Of a DNA stretch of 64,000 bases, positions 11,848 to 25,195 are shown piece by piece. The stretch comes from Octopus sinensis (Eukaryota). The position numbers and the translations under genes were made by a program. The notes below the pieces were generated by a model that saw nothing but the letters and a program-made list of their open reading frames with translations, was not told the origin of the DNA and did no database searches. The first letter of the stretch is position 1, and the number at the start of each line of letters is the position of its first letter. The stretch is from assembly GCF_006345805.1 (NCBI RefSeq), contig NC_043009.1:60884001-60948000 (forward strand). Reading direction: 5' to 3'.

Positions 11848-12724
11848 AACTGCAAAAGCATGCCAAATCAGGCTAGAGTCTGGTGCAGCCTTCAAGCTTG
11901 CCAGCCTTAGTCAACCGTCCAACCCATTCCAGCATGGACAATGGACATTAAATGATGATGATGATGATGCACATACACACACACATATATATATATATAC
12001 ACACATATATACATATATATATATATACACACACACACATATATACATATATATATATATACACACACACATATTAATTCATTTTACATATAATGTCATA
12101 TTTATGAGAAATATATATTGAATCGTTGTACATTGTCTACTGGTGCACCAGCTGTGCAACATTAATAATATATAATATACATGTTGTGCAACATATGTCA
12201 TCATCAATGCATGCTAACACACACACACCATCATCATCATCGTTTAACATCTGTTTTCCATGCTGGCAAACCAGACGGCTGCACCAGGCTCCAGTCGTCT
12301 TGTGCTTTGTATGGTTTCTATAGGTGGACGTCCTTCTTAACGCCAACCACTTTATGGAGTACACGGAGTGCTTTTTATGACACCAGCATGGGTGCTTTTC
12401 ACATGGGGCAAGCATGGGTGCTTTTCACATGGGGCAAGCATGGGTACTTTTTAAGTGGCATCATGTGAAAAGCATCCATGCTGGTGCCACATGAAATATA
12501 TAAATGATGTATATAGGCACGTATAAGGTGGGTGGAGGTATGGTCGTATGGCTAAAACGTTCAATTCCCAGTCATGAGCTTTCAGCTTCAGTCTCACTGT
12601 GTGGAATCTTCAACAACTGTTTTTGTCTTCTACTACAGCCCTAGTCTAGCCCAAGCCTCATGCTTTTTGAGTGGATTTGGTAGACGAAAACTGAAAGGCC
12701 TTCATACATGTATATATATATATA

Positions 12725-13025
12725 TATAAAAGCATTTGAGCGAGGTCATTGCCAGTGCCGCTGGACTGGCTCCTGTGCAGGTGGCACATAAAAAAAAGCA
12801 CCATTTGAGCGTGGCCGTTGCCAGTACCGCCTGACTGGCCCTCATGCCGGTGGCACATAAAAGCACCCACAACCCTCCCAGAGTGGTTGGCGTTAGGAAT
12901 GGCATCCAGCTGTAGAAACTCTGCCCGATCAAGATTGGTGCAGCCATCTAGTTCGCCAGTCCTCAGTCAAATCATCCAACCCATGTTAGCATGGAAAGCG
13001 GACATTAAATGATGATGATGATGAT
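12725..13025 (+). mobile_element. family D GAT-tailed element
   Basis: Internal ~60-bp tandem units (aaaagcaccatttgagcg...gccagt...gactggc...gtggcac); tail atgatgatgatgat. Confidence 0.75.
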
Positions 13026-13266
13026 ATATATACACACACACACAAACACACATGCATGTGTGTGTTTGAGCTATCTTTAGACATAGTGTGATAGTTATAA
13101 AGAATCATCAGTCATACAAGTAGAGTCCCCTGCATCAAGTATTTTGTGAAAGCATGTCCAGCTATGAGGAAATATTGCTTGCGTGGAATCAAGTGAAGGT
13201 TAGCAACAGGAAGGGCATCCAACCATAGAAAATAAAGAGCTCTATCTGAGAGTATATATATATATA

Positions 13267-13451
13267 CAAGGGGATGTTGAAAAGGAGGCCCAGCCATCCA
13301 AGTTCTTTTACAGGGCTTAGAAAAACTGAAGGACTGCTACAATAAGTGTGAGAACCTGAGAGGGGAATATGTTGAATGAAATCAATCATAATTCACTGAT
13401 CCTCTTGTATTTTCTTTTACCTAAAACCAGGAACTTTTCAGCACCCCCTCA
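13267..13451. mobile_element. internally deleted mariner derivative
   Basis: TA-caaggggatgttgaaaag ... cttttcagcaccccctca-TA termini; internal GLEKLKDCYNKCENLRGEYVE* resembles a mariner C-terminus. Confidence 0.6.
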
Positions 13452-14208
13452 TACATAGATATACAAATACATACCTATATATAGTTTATAAGAGATGCAA
13501 ATTTCAAAGCCTACAGGCATGGGCTGTAAGGTTTTCCTAACTTTTGTACACACATACGTGATAAATTGGAAACCCATGTTGATGAAGCAAGAAAGCAGAT
13601 ATTTGTGGCCCAATAAATTACATTCAAACCCTGGTAATATTCTCATAAAATTATTGTTACATACACACTATTTATACTGTTTGCAACAAAAGAGTGGGGT
13701 CTTTTTTTTTTACTTTCTAAAAATCCATTTGCATTTCAACAGAGCACAATAAGAAAAAAAGCAATATTCTTCTTATATTATTCATTTGCATAAGTCATTG
13801 GTGTGTGGACAGGCTGTCACCCCATCTTGAAGGGTTTAGTTGGATAAATTGACCCTAATGCTTTTTTAAAAGTCTATTACTTATTCTGTTGGTCTCTTTT
13901 TTGCTGAACCAAAAAGTTATCAGGACAAAAATAAACCAACACTGGTTGTCAAGCAATGGTGGGGGACAAACACAAAGACAGACACACACACATGTCTGTA
14001 TATGTGTGGATACATATGTGTGTATGTCTGTGTATATATAGAAATAGGGGGAGATATACATTTATCCAATGGGCTTTTTTTAATTTCAGTCTACCAAATT
14101 CACTCAGAAAGCTTTGCTCAGTCTGAGGCTATAGCAGAAGACATTTGCCCAAGATAACCCACAGTGGGATTGAACTCAAGACCCCATGGTTAGGAAGCAA
14201 GTTTCTTA

Positions 14209-14444
14209 GTTCTTTATTACCTACAAGGGGATAAACATAAAAGGGACAAACAAAGACAGACAAAGAGATTAAGTCGATTATATTGACCCCAATGTGTAAC
14301 TGGTACTTAATTTATCGACCCCAAAAGGATGAAAGGCAAAGTTGACCTCGGTGGAATTTGAACTCAGAACGTAACGCCAGACGAAATACCACTAAGCATT
14401 TTGCCCGGCATGCTAACGTTTCTGCCAACTTGCTGCCATTTCTT
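14209..14444 (-). mobile_element. Meta-domain-type SINE (family B) nested in a family A SINE, 14-bp TSD
   Basis: aagcaagtttctta at 14195-14208 and 14445-14458; B box gagttcaaattcc and gcctttcatcctt..gggtcgataaattaagtaccag on the minus strand. Confidence 0.8.
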
Positions 14445-15159
14445 AAGCAAGTTTCTTAAACACACCTTTATTTTAGATATATCTCATTCAACATAGTCGC
14501 AGATGTAACTGTGTAGGTAAGAATGTTGCTTTGTAACCCCATGGTTTTTAAGCTCATTTTTACCCAACACCATACTGGAAAAAACAATTAAGTAACATAT
14601 AAAGCCTTAAACATTTTAACTGATCATTTCCAGCTTACATATTCTACCCGTTTTATGTTCAAATCAGCCCAAACTGGCTTCTCGTATCCACCTGACAATG
14701 TCATTCTGAACATAAACAATCACATCACTGAATTCTCTTAGCTAGGAGACAATACCTGATTAATTCAAAACAACGTGAATAAATAAACATTACATTTCAC
14801 AGGGTAATCTGAATGCTGAAGAGTTAAGATAAAATTGCTGAAAATAAAACATTTCGTGCAAAATCACATGAAAGTGAAAATATAAATTTTCCCAAAAGTA
14901 GGTATTTTCCAGGTCACATAATTGTATCCTACAAAGTGAAACTACTTTGTAACACGAAAGTAATGCAGTTGATAGGAAATACCGGCTGGATATTGTATAT
15001 AAAAAAAAAAATTCCAGTGTGATGTAATTGAAGTTGGAGCTAGCAAATACTTAATTAAATTCTTATCTACGTCAATAAAGGAAGTATGACCGTTATCATC
15101 TACTCAGGTGTTTCAAATGTTAATAAATGAGAGTTTAGAATGACTAACAGCATAAACTC

Positions 15160-16720
15160 AAGACCCAATTACATTTCTGCCAAATTATGGCCTCCTTCAT
15201 TGCATTTGATAAAGTGAAGACCTGTATTGTAGAGATTGATACTGGCCAGAGTGAAAACCCACAGATGCTGATGATCTAGTTTTTATAACTTAATCATGAT
15301 TAACAGATTTAGAGAAGAAATTCCAGACAAGCAAGAAAAACCTGGAATCGAATAGCCTCAAAGTAAGGTTAGTAAAGATTGAAGTATTAATAAGTAGCAG
15401 AGAAGATAAGACTCCGTTATCATCAGGGAACTAGCCTTGCTCAAAATACAGAAAAGGTGTAGCTAGGAATTCCATTCCATATGACTCATTCATATACAAG
15501 AGCTACAATGGGACCAGAGGCAAGCTAAGAGAGAAGGTAGTCTTCATAGGCAGAAAGTACTTAGGGGCAACAAGCACTGAAGGCTCCGAAAATTCATAGT
15601 TTTTAACTACTTAAGCAATCTAATTAGCAGTCAGGCCAGGTGTTCTGTAGGCATTACATTCAACAGAGTAGCAGCTTGAGTAAGAATAAGGTGGAAATGA
15701 ATTTAAAGGGCAATTAACTCTGCTGGTAATAAAATATCTCTCTCACAGATCGAAAAGCAGATTGTATGAGGCATATACTCTCTTTTACTCTTTTACTTGT
15801 TTCAGTCATTTGACTGCGGCCATGCTGGAGCACCGCCTTTAATCGAGCAACTCGATCCCGGGACTTATTCTTTGTAAGCCCAGTACTTATTCTTTCGGTC
15901 TCTTTTTTGCCGAACCGCTAAGTGACGGGGACGCAAACACACCAACATCGGTTGTCAAGCAATGCTAGGGGGACAAACACATTCACACAAACACATACAC
16001 ATATATATATATATACATATATACGACAGGCTTCTTTCAGTTTCCGTCTACCAAATCCACTCACAAGGCATTGGTCGGTCCGAGGCTATAATAGAAGACA
16101 CTTGCCCAAGATGCCACGCAGTGGGACTTTGGTTAGCAAGCTACTTACCACACGGCTAGTGTGGTGCATGGTGGAGAAATGTGGGCCTCAAATGCAAAAT
16201 GATTTGCATAGATTAAAAGAAATTATGTAATAAAGCTTGAGAGGTTAATTTGTTTGTGTATATGAATAAAATATTAACCCATGGCATTCAGATTTCTCTG
16301 TCAAATGCAATGCTTATTTATTCTCATTGATAAGAATTAGTCATGCATTACCTTATAGCTTTGAGATTTCAATGATTACAATATTATTCTATTGTAGGGT
16401 AAGCAGGAAAGGCTGGGTCTGGCTAATTTGAAGATCAAAAAAGGTAGAATATTTTGGCTGGATATGGACGGTTTAAATGCTAAAGGGTTAATGAACAAAC
16501 TGCATTAGTATGGGCATGTGAAGTGAATGAAAAATGAAAGCTGTGTAAAGAAATGATGTGCATTTAAAGTGTATGGAAATTGTGAAAGAAACAAACATAG
16601 GACAATTGGGACGAAATGGTAAAGCCCGATCTTGAAATGTTGCATCTCAACCAGAAAGTCGACAAAGGACTGTGTTCATAGGTAATACCTGGTGCTGGAG
16701 AAGACCTGATCACTAAAATA
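15160..16720 (+). pseudogene. decayed RTE-clade LINE, RT C-terminal half to 3' end, interrupted by a SINE and a MITE
   Basis: gatgctgatgatcta (D-ADDL); remnants resembling LESKGL-V--KT-VL, CRKGV-RNSI, YGHV..RM and TWDE-VK-DL. Confidence 0.7.
15777..16155 (-). mobile_element. family A SINE inserted in the RTE remnant
   Basis: Near-identical to 6040-6421. Confidence 0.85.
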
Positions 16721-16815
16721 ACATGCACACATACAGAATTGATGTTAAAAATGGTAGCACTGATAAAAACTGAGAGGCATAATAAATATCATTATTGTTT
16801 CAATGTCTACCTTTC

Positions 16816-17375
16816 GGATCTTTTCCTTTTGAACGGCAGTTTTCAACACAATTTCTAGTTAACTAAACACTTTTAAACTTCGTATACTGGTAGAATGTAT
16901 TTATAAAACATCATTTTTTCTTGGCTTTATTGATAAAATTCTATAGTTTGTAACATATTTCCACTTTAAAATCGAGCATTTCGGCAATTTTAACCAATCG
17001 CTCACCTCCATTTGGAGTGAAAACATTCCGTGCTATATGAATATGTCCCTCAGAAACAGATTGGGTTTATTTACATTTGCGAAGAAAAAAAGATACCCTT
17101 CCCCCACCCTTAACCCTAACTCTAACTAATCCTAACCCTAAAACAGATTGAAATGCAATAGATCGATACTAGGGTTATAATTATGGGTGACATTTTCATA
17201 CGACACCGCTACGGAAAATGGGATTTTTTTCTAGTGGTGTCACCCATAGAATTTTATCAATAAAGCCAAGAAAAAATGATGTTTTATAAACACATTCTAC
17301 TAGTATACGAAGTTTAAAAGTGTTTAGTTAACTGGAAATTGTGTTGAAAACTGCCGTTCAAAAGGAAAAGATCCC
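16816..17375. mobile_element. MITE with ~135-bp TIRs and internal CCCTAA-like repeats
   Basis: ggatcttttccttttgaacggcag...ttctat is inverted at 17240-17375; direct repeat acctttc at 16809-16815 and 17376-17382; related fragment at 30150-30355. Confidence 0.85.
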
Positions 17376-17858
17376 ACCTTTCTATGCTTTGATGGATTGG
17401 ACAGGGTTTAATTTGGCAAATTTTCTACAGCCTGAAGCCTGAAGCCCTTCCTATCCCCAACCTTAACCTATTTCCAAGCAAGGTAATATTTCCTCCTCGT
17501 GGCCAGACATGTTTTTGCAGAACATTGGAAATGAATGACCCCACTTATATGACAGTGACACTCGCTCACAACTATCATGCAATGTCAAGACAAGGAGAGA
17601 CACACACAAACACATGGACCTATGGTGTATGATCATCATCATCATCATTTACCATCCGCTTTCCATGCTAGCATGGGCTGGACAGTTCAACTGGGGTCTG
17701 GGGAGCCAGGAGGCTGCACTAGGCCCAGTCTGATCTGGCAGTGTTTCTACACCTGGATGCCCTTCCTAACACCAACCACTCCGTGAGTGTAGTGGGTGCT
17801 TTTTACGTGCCACCAGCACAAGTGCCAGGCAAGGCTGGCAACGGCCACGATCGGTTGG

Positions 17859-18297
17859 TGTCACAAACACATAAATGAGTGATGGAATGGCCTGTTGTGT
17901 TGAAGTAGGTAGTGATGGGTTGGCCTGGCACATATAATAGCATTGTTTCACCTATATAATGAGTGACACAAAAGGTTGTATGAACAGTCTGCAGGTGTGC
18001 ATGAAGTGGGTAGGAGAGCTGTGGCACAGACAATAGCTCTGGCTTACCAAAGTGCAGGGTCTACAACGAATTGAGGGTAACTTCAATTCAGTAAGAACTG
18101 TTGTATTCTTTCACATCAGGATTTGAAATCCAAATTAATGCTGCAGGTGAAATAATTGAGAGGATGGAATTGTAGATTTAGTGTGTTCTGTGTGAGAAGA
18201 ATAGTGGACGCAGGTGTGGGTGGGTGTCAGTGGCTTGTAGTGGACAGAGGTGGACAGGTGACCATTGTTTGAAGTGATGGAGATATCAAGAAACATA
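17859..18297 (-). pseudogene. Penelope-like element RT thumb + GIY-YIG endonuclease remnant (internally deleted)
   Basis: Minus translation FLDISITSNNGHLSTSVHYKP...HTKSTIPSSQLF, then YIGET and PITTYFNTTGHSI. Confidence 0.75.
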
Positions 18298-19232
18298 GTC
18301 ATGTGTGTGTGTCGTGAGATGAGCCTCTTTCATTTTCCCTCAACCAAATCCACTCTCAATTCTTTGTGATTGGGCCAGGGCTACAGTAGAAAACATTTTC
18401 CCAAGGTACCACAGAGGATTGAACCTGAAACCATGTGGTTGGAAAGCAAACTTCTTACCACAGAGCCACACCTGCACCTGTGTGTGTGTGTGTGCATGTA
18501 AGTGTCTCCTTGCCTAGACAGCAAATGATGATAGCAAACATCACTATCACCATCATACTAGCAGAGTCATCCATTTCTAATGTGCTGTGAAAACATGAGT
18601 GGACACAGAGAAATGAAACCCTATTTTGAAATGAGTGAGGGTTGGCAACAAGATGAGAATCTAGCTGTAGAAACTCTGCCTAAACAAATTCTGTCAGACA
18701 CAAATAAGTATGGAAAGTGAACATCAAAATAATGATGATTATATATATATATAATCATCATCACCATTTAGCAACCGTTGTCCATTCTGGCATGGGCTGA
18801 ATGGTTTGACCAGGGCTGGCAAGCTGGAAGGCTGCACCGGACTCCAGTCTGATTTGACATGGCTTCTACAGCTGGATGCCCTTCCTAATGCCAACCACTT
18901 CTAGAGTGTTATGGGTGGTTTTACGTGCTACCGGCACTGGTGCCATTTACATGACACCAGCATCTGCCACAACTGCGATTTTGCTCAGCTTGATGGGTCT
19001 TCTTCTCAAGCACGACATAATGCCAAAGGTCTTGGTCATTGCCTCCATGAGGCCCAACACTTGAAAGGAGCTTTTTACATGCCACCAGCACGAGTACCAG
19101 TTATATGACACCAGCATCAACCATGACTATTTCACTTGGCTTGAGGCGGGGTCTTCTCAAGCACAGCATATCACCATAGCCTCACTAGTCATTACCTGTG
19201 AGGCCCAAAGTTCAAATATCATGCTTCACCAC

Positions 19233-19285
<53 letters not shown>

Positions 19286-19766
19286 TATATATTGTAATAT
19301 ATCATCATCATCGTTTAACTTCTGCCTTCCATGCTGGCATGGTTTCACAAGAGCTGGCCAGCAGACTTCTGTGACTGTTTTGCCCGGATTTTTACAGCTG
19401 GATGCACTTCCTAACACCAACCACTTAGCAGTGTGGACTATATATTGTAAAATATATATATATATATACACACATATAAAAGACAAGGTATATATATATA
19501 TATATCATTCTGTGTAAAAAACCAGTATAACTGAAGCACAACCACAGATTTACAATACAGAATGATGATGAACTATAACCTCAGACCCTGCAACAATACA
19601 CAGAGTTCTTTACTAATTTAAACAGTTTTGTTAGCCTGGTGTACTAACAGAAAGCTTATAAAGTATTTTGTCTGGATTGATAATCACAAATGATTCTGTT
19701 GTATATATATAAGAATTTCTTTGCGTAATAAGATAAAAAATATATATTTTTAAATAACATATAACA

Positions 19767-19865
19767 AGATCTCAAAAAGTATAAAAATGAATGATCAATA
19801 TATAAGTATTTTTTACTTATTACTTATTATATATTGATCATCCATTTTTATACTTTTTGAGATCT
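19767..19865. repeat. fold-back inverted repeat, 38-bp arms, 1 mismatch
   Basis: agatctcaaaaagtataaaaatgaatgatcaatatata / tatatattgatcatccatttttatactttttgagatct. Confidence 0.9.
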
Positions 19866-20721
19866 ATTTATATATTTTATAAAAATATATATTATTTGTT
19901 ATTTATGTTTTGGTTTATGTCAATCAATGTTTGAGTTGCATAATAGTGGTTTTTATTTCTAATTTATATTTTATATATTTATATTGTGAAATTTGATTTA
20001 ATAATAAATTGAATTTTTCCCTGTAAGTTTGGAGTTATACTCCCTAATATTATTATTATTATTATGATATATATATATATATATATATATATCCTCATCA
20101 TTTAACATCCACCAGATCAGATGAAATTTTGAGGCAGATTCTCTGCAGCCAGAGATGCCCTTACTGTTGCCAACCTCCATCAGTTTCCAAACAAGGTAGT
20201 ATTTCCCATGGCCAGACCTGCTTTCCATGGAATATCAAAAACAAATAAGATCGCTTATATGACAGTGATGCTCGTTTACAATCATTACATAATCTCTAGA
20301 CAAGGATACACACAAATATAACAGTGTTCTTTCAGTTTACATTTACCAAATCCATTTACAAGGCTTTGGTTAACTAAGAACCAAGCCTAAATATATATAC
20401 GTTTTGTATTATGTATGTATACACACACGAGTCTGAGAGACCATATGTGTGACCATGAATGTTCACAACCTATGGTTAGCTATAAACAGTGGTGTTTGAC
20501 GATATTTTCCCCCTATAAATCGTCCATTAGCTGTGTGCATTCAAAATTCCGTTAAAATCAAATATCTTTCACATGAAAAATATTAGAGTTGGCGATAGGA
20601 AGAGCATCTGGCCGCAAAATTCCTGCTTTAATTAGTTACCTTCTGTCTAATCTTTGCTAACATTGGAAAACAGATCAATGAAAAAATAAATTTTATATTC
20701 ATACATACATATATATATATA

Positions 20722-20885
20722 TATATTGTATAGAGGGCATTATTACACATAAATGCCTCACACTAGGAGGGACAAAGTCATTACTACCAAAATTATACTA
20801 TATAATTAGTATAATTTTGGTAGTAATGACTTTGTCCCTCCTAGTGTGAGGCATTTATGTGTAATAATGCCCTCTATACAATATA
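20722..20885. repeat. perfect palindrome, 79-bp arms, 6-nt loop
   Basis: 20722-20800 is the exact reverse complement of 20807-20885; flanked by TA-rich tracts. Confidence 0.95.
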
Positions 20886-21159
20886 GATATAATTAATTTG
20901 TTCAAAAGAAAAAAATTATTTTCGAATTCTTTTCTTTTATGAGGTTTTCACGCTAGCTACCCGATAATTTCTTGTTAAGATCCCTTATTAAGAGATTATC
21001 CTTAATTGTTAAACTTATATATATATATATATAATATATATATATATATAATATATATATATAAGTTCGGTAAAATTTAGATTCAGTTGAATATGGTACT
21101 TAAGTTAAAGGCACCAGAATTTAGTATGGCATTATCCATATAATCCAAAATGGGGTGAT

Positions 21160-21229
21160 TATAATCAAAATAAGCAACAAGGATATCCAGAGGTACCTCT
21201 GGATACCCTTGTTGCTTATTTTGATTATA
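21160..21229. repeat. spacerless palindrome, 35-bp arms, 1 mismatch
   Basis: tataatcaaaataagcaacaaggatatccagaggt|acctctggatacccttgttgcttattttgattata, running into (TA)n. Confidence 0.92.
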
Positions 21230-21533
21230 TATATATATTATATATATATATATATGTAATTATATATATATATGTAAAGACATACTATGTACACACATAC
21301 ATGTATACACACACATGCATATATATGTACATATATATATTAATACACACTACATGCAAGTATATATGTAATGTATGCATGTAAGCGTATTTTACATGAA
21401 TGTAGGGAAACAGCTTTCTTTACAGTGAAAGCGAATGTCTTCAAGTTTAATCTCTTAAACATTCTTCACATTTCCTCATTTGTAGTTTACGCAATCTCGA
21501 ATGTTCCTGGGTCCATCCAGTATACATACATAC

Positions 21534-21634
<101 letters not shown>

Positions 21635-21749
21635 TGGAAAGACTTCCCGACACACAGACTGACAGATGTACACGTCTAAGAAAGATCGCGAAAGTTTGTT
21701 CCAAAAAAGCAAAAATCTCAACTCTTGATGTGGTACATGGTACGCCTAT

Positions 21750-22538
21750 ACATACATACATACATACATACATACACACTTGCATATATACAGACATACA
21801 TACACACATGCATATATATTTATTTATATAATAATATTGCAATAGAATATTTTAAACGTTCATGTTTAATGTAGGAGGCGATCTTGGAGTTTAGCGACCC
21901 GTTTTCACTTTCACTGGGGACTTTCCAGAAGTAATTTATTCTCTGACCTTTTACCTTCCAGTTTATTAACAATTGTTTATTTATTTCTACAAACATTAAA
22001 AATTACTGTAATTTGCAATAAATTACAAATATTTTATTTCTGGTATCGGTCTAGCCTTGACCGAAAAATACTCCCTATTACTTACATACTGTACGCGAAC
22101 ATTTCCTTGGCTTGGATTACATTTCGCATTGCATTATGATTATTATTATACATACATACATACATACATACACACACATGCATATATACAGACATACACA
22201 CGCATATATATTTATTTATATAATATTACAATAGATTATTATAAACGTTCATGTTTAATGTAGGAGGCGATCTCGGAGTTTAGCGCACCGTTTTCACTTC
22301 CACTGGGGACTTTCCAGATGTAATTTATTCTCTGACCTTTTACCTTCCAGTTTTGTTAACAATTGTTTATTTATTTCTACAAACATTAATAATCACTGTG
22401 ATTTGCAATAAATTACAAATATCTACTTCTGGTATCGGTCTAGCCTTGACCGAAAAATACTCCCAATTACTTACTTACTGTACGCGAACATTTCCTCGGC
22501 TTGGATTACATTTCGCATTGCATTATGATTATTATTAT
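21750..22538. repeat. 389-bp tandem duplication, each copy carrying GGGGACTTTCC
   Basis: Two highly similar copies; motif at 21916-21926 and 22305-22315. Confidence 0.92.
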
Positions 22539-22739
22539 TGACATATGTAATTCATATGAGAAGCTGAAAGAAAATAGTAAAGTTTGCGAAAGTAAAAAAA
22601 TCGAATATCGATGTCCAACAACAACAAACCGATCAATAAAGCCATATATAGGCAAAGAACTTTATTAATAGACACAAAACTTTTACACCACTTTTCACTC
22701 AAACACCCAAGTGCCAGGTTCGATCCCCATCCTGCTTAC

Positions 22740-22990
22740 CTTTAACTGTGCCATGTGTTAACGCCACTCAGATAATCATGATCGATATATAATATATATA
22801 ACCCCTAATTTCCCCCCTGTTTAGTTATGTTTACTTATGTATATAAGGTATCAATATTTGGTAAAATTTTGGGGGTGACTCACCTCGAAAACCTCATCCA
22901 GTTGGCCTTTTTTGCAACCAAGGTGTGGGCAAAACACATAAAAGAGCTGAGGTTTAGTATATATATATATTATATATATAAATATATATA
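22740..22990 (-). promoter_or_regulatory. candidate distal promoter and first exon of the minus-strand gene
   Basis: TA-rich TATA-like stretch ~22960-22990, Inr-like TCAGCT at 22950-22945, donors GAG|GTGAGT (22884) and AAG|GTAAGC (22740), ATGs at 22897 and 22754. Confidence 0.45.
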
Positions 22991-24887
22991 AACCGCAGCC
23001 CTTAATATTATAATTGTGCCCTTGTTAGTGCAATTGTTGCTGCATAATTGTCGAGTGGGGACTGACTTTCCTCTCGACGGTTCCTTCCCCGTTGGCTGTC
23101 GTGAGAGAAAGTGAGGGGAAGCAAGGTGAACCGATATATATATAGATATGTATATGCATATATACATATAGCGAGAGAGACACACATACATACATATACA
23201 CACACATACATATATACAGACACATACATACATACATATACACACATACATATACACTCATACATACATATACACACACATACGTACATATACAGACACA
23301 TACGTACATATACACACACATACATACACATACATACATACATACATACATACACACATACATATACACACACATACATATGCACAAACATAGACCCTAA
23401 ACACACACACAATATGTGTGTAACATACACTTTTATGTGTGCGTGCGTGTGGTTTAGTAAATTGTTTATATAACAGGTATAGGTATATCAATGTATATGC
23501 GTGTTTTTGTGTATGTCATTAATCTGTTTAGATAACAGGTACGATATGTGTGTGTGTGTGTATGTATGTGTGTATATGCGTGTAAGTATATGTGTGTGTG
23601 TAGAAGGTGTATACATAATGTTGTATATGTATGTATGTGTTTGTGGTGGAGTTGGCAACGAGAACGGCGGAGAGATACTTCAATGTTATTTGAATTCGTA
23701 CATCTTGTACTTGTCCAATATACACGTTAATTAAGAATTTCAAATTTTCAAAACATGATGCTTGTTTTAAAACAAATATTTCATACATAAGAACAGCATG
23801 CTTTTATTTTAATAGAGAAAATATATTGAAAAAAAAGACACAGTTATAACGAACTACTTTCGATAATTTGATGCGATACATGACCTAAGTGTTATGGAAC
23901 CGTTGCAGAATTTATACATAATCTTCCGCTACCTTCTCGGTTAACATAAACAGCTCAACTAATTAATAACTTTGTAAACCATCATCAAATAATCTTTTTC
24001 TTTTTATTTATAAAATCTCAATTAAAATGCTATTCTAATGCTTTGCAATTCATTTTGTAATAAGATTTAAAAGAAGCCGCTAACAACGGATTATTTTCTA
24101 TGATGAAATGTCAATAGGACATGTCGAAATGATGTTGGATTCTGTAAATTATCAACTATTTATAGTTATTAACTGTTTTTTTTTTAATGCCTGGTCAAAT
24201 CAAGCAGTTAATAATGTTTTCAGTCTTTAAAAAACTGTAATTATATCTGTAACGTTTGTGATAATGTTTTTAAACTATTTAACGCACTACTTTATATGAG
24301 GTACTGTGTCAAAGAGAGAGAGAGAGACAGACAGAGAAACAGAGAGAGAGAGAGAAAAACAGAGAGAGTGAGTGAAAGAGAGGTAGACATAGGGAGAGAC
24401 AAGACGTTGAAGAATTCTCCTGCTCCGTCGACATTAACATTTGAAGTTGTTTCATACAAATACATACATATATATATATCCTACGACTACATTTGTGAAG
24501 GGAGAAGTTAGCATTTAGTGACCTTCACCTATGACAGCTTCGTAACGTTATAATATAACCCCCCTGTTGTATAGTGATGGGTTAATCAGAGTAGGGGGTT
24601 CTATGGTGTATGTGAATGGTAGATGTTGGAGAAAATGTATGTTTGTGTAACTAATGTGCAGACATAATGTTATGCAGCATGTTATACGTTTTGTATCCAG
24701 AGGAGATTGAATAAAGTGTGCAATATGTGATAACACGAATATGACGATAATGATGGTTCTTCACATTTGCATATATGGCCATACATAGATTTAAAAAGAG
24801 GGCTTTGTCGATTTAAATCGACCTCTCTAGACTTCACTGGAAATTTATTTATAAATCCCGAAAAGGTGAAGTCGATTCCAACACAAT

Positions 24888-24925
<38 letters not shown>

Positions 24926-25195
24926 GTGATAATGACGTCGATTTCTAACAAAGGTTGAGAGGGCGATTAAAGAATAACTTACTAAAAGTGCAATAGTAAT
25001 TACTTCTAAAATCGGTGCCTTTTTTTGGTGGCAGACAACTATCGGTTTGATCGACCACAGCACCTAATTGGTATTCATTTTTGAGTTTGGGATATAAAGC
25101 GACCTGCTCGTGATAGTTAAAACATTATTGTTTAATTCTATTAACCACCAATCTGATGAACTCTACCATGTATGATACTACCTCTAATAATAATA

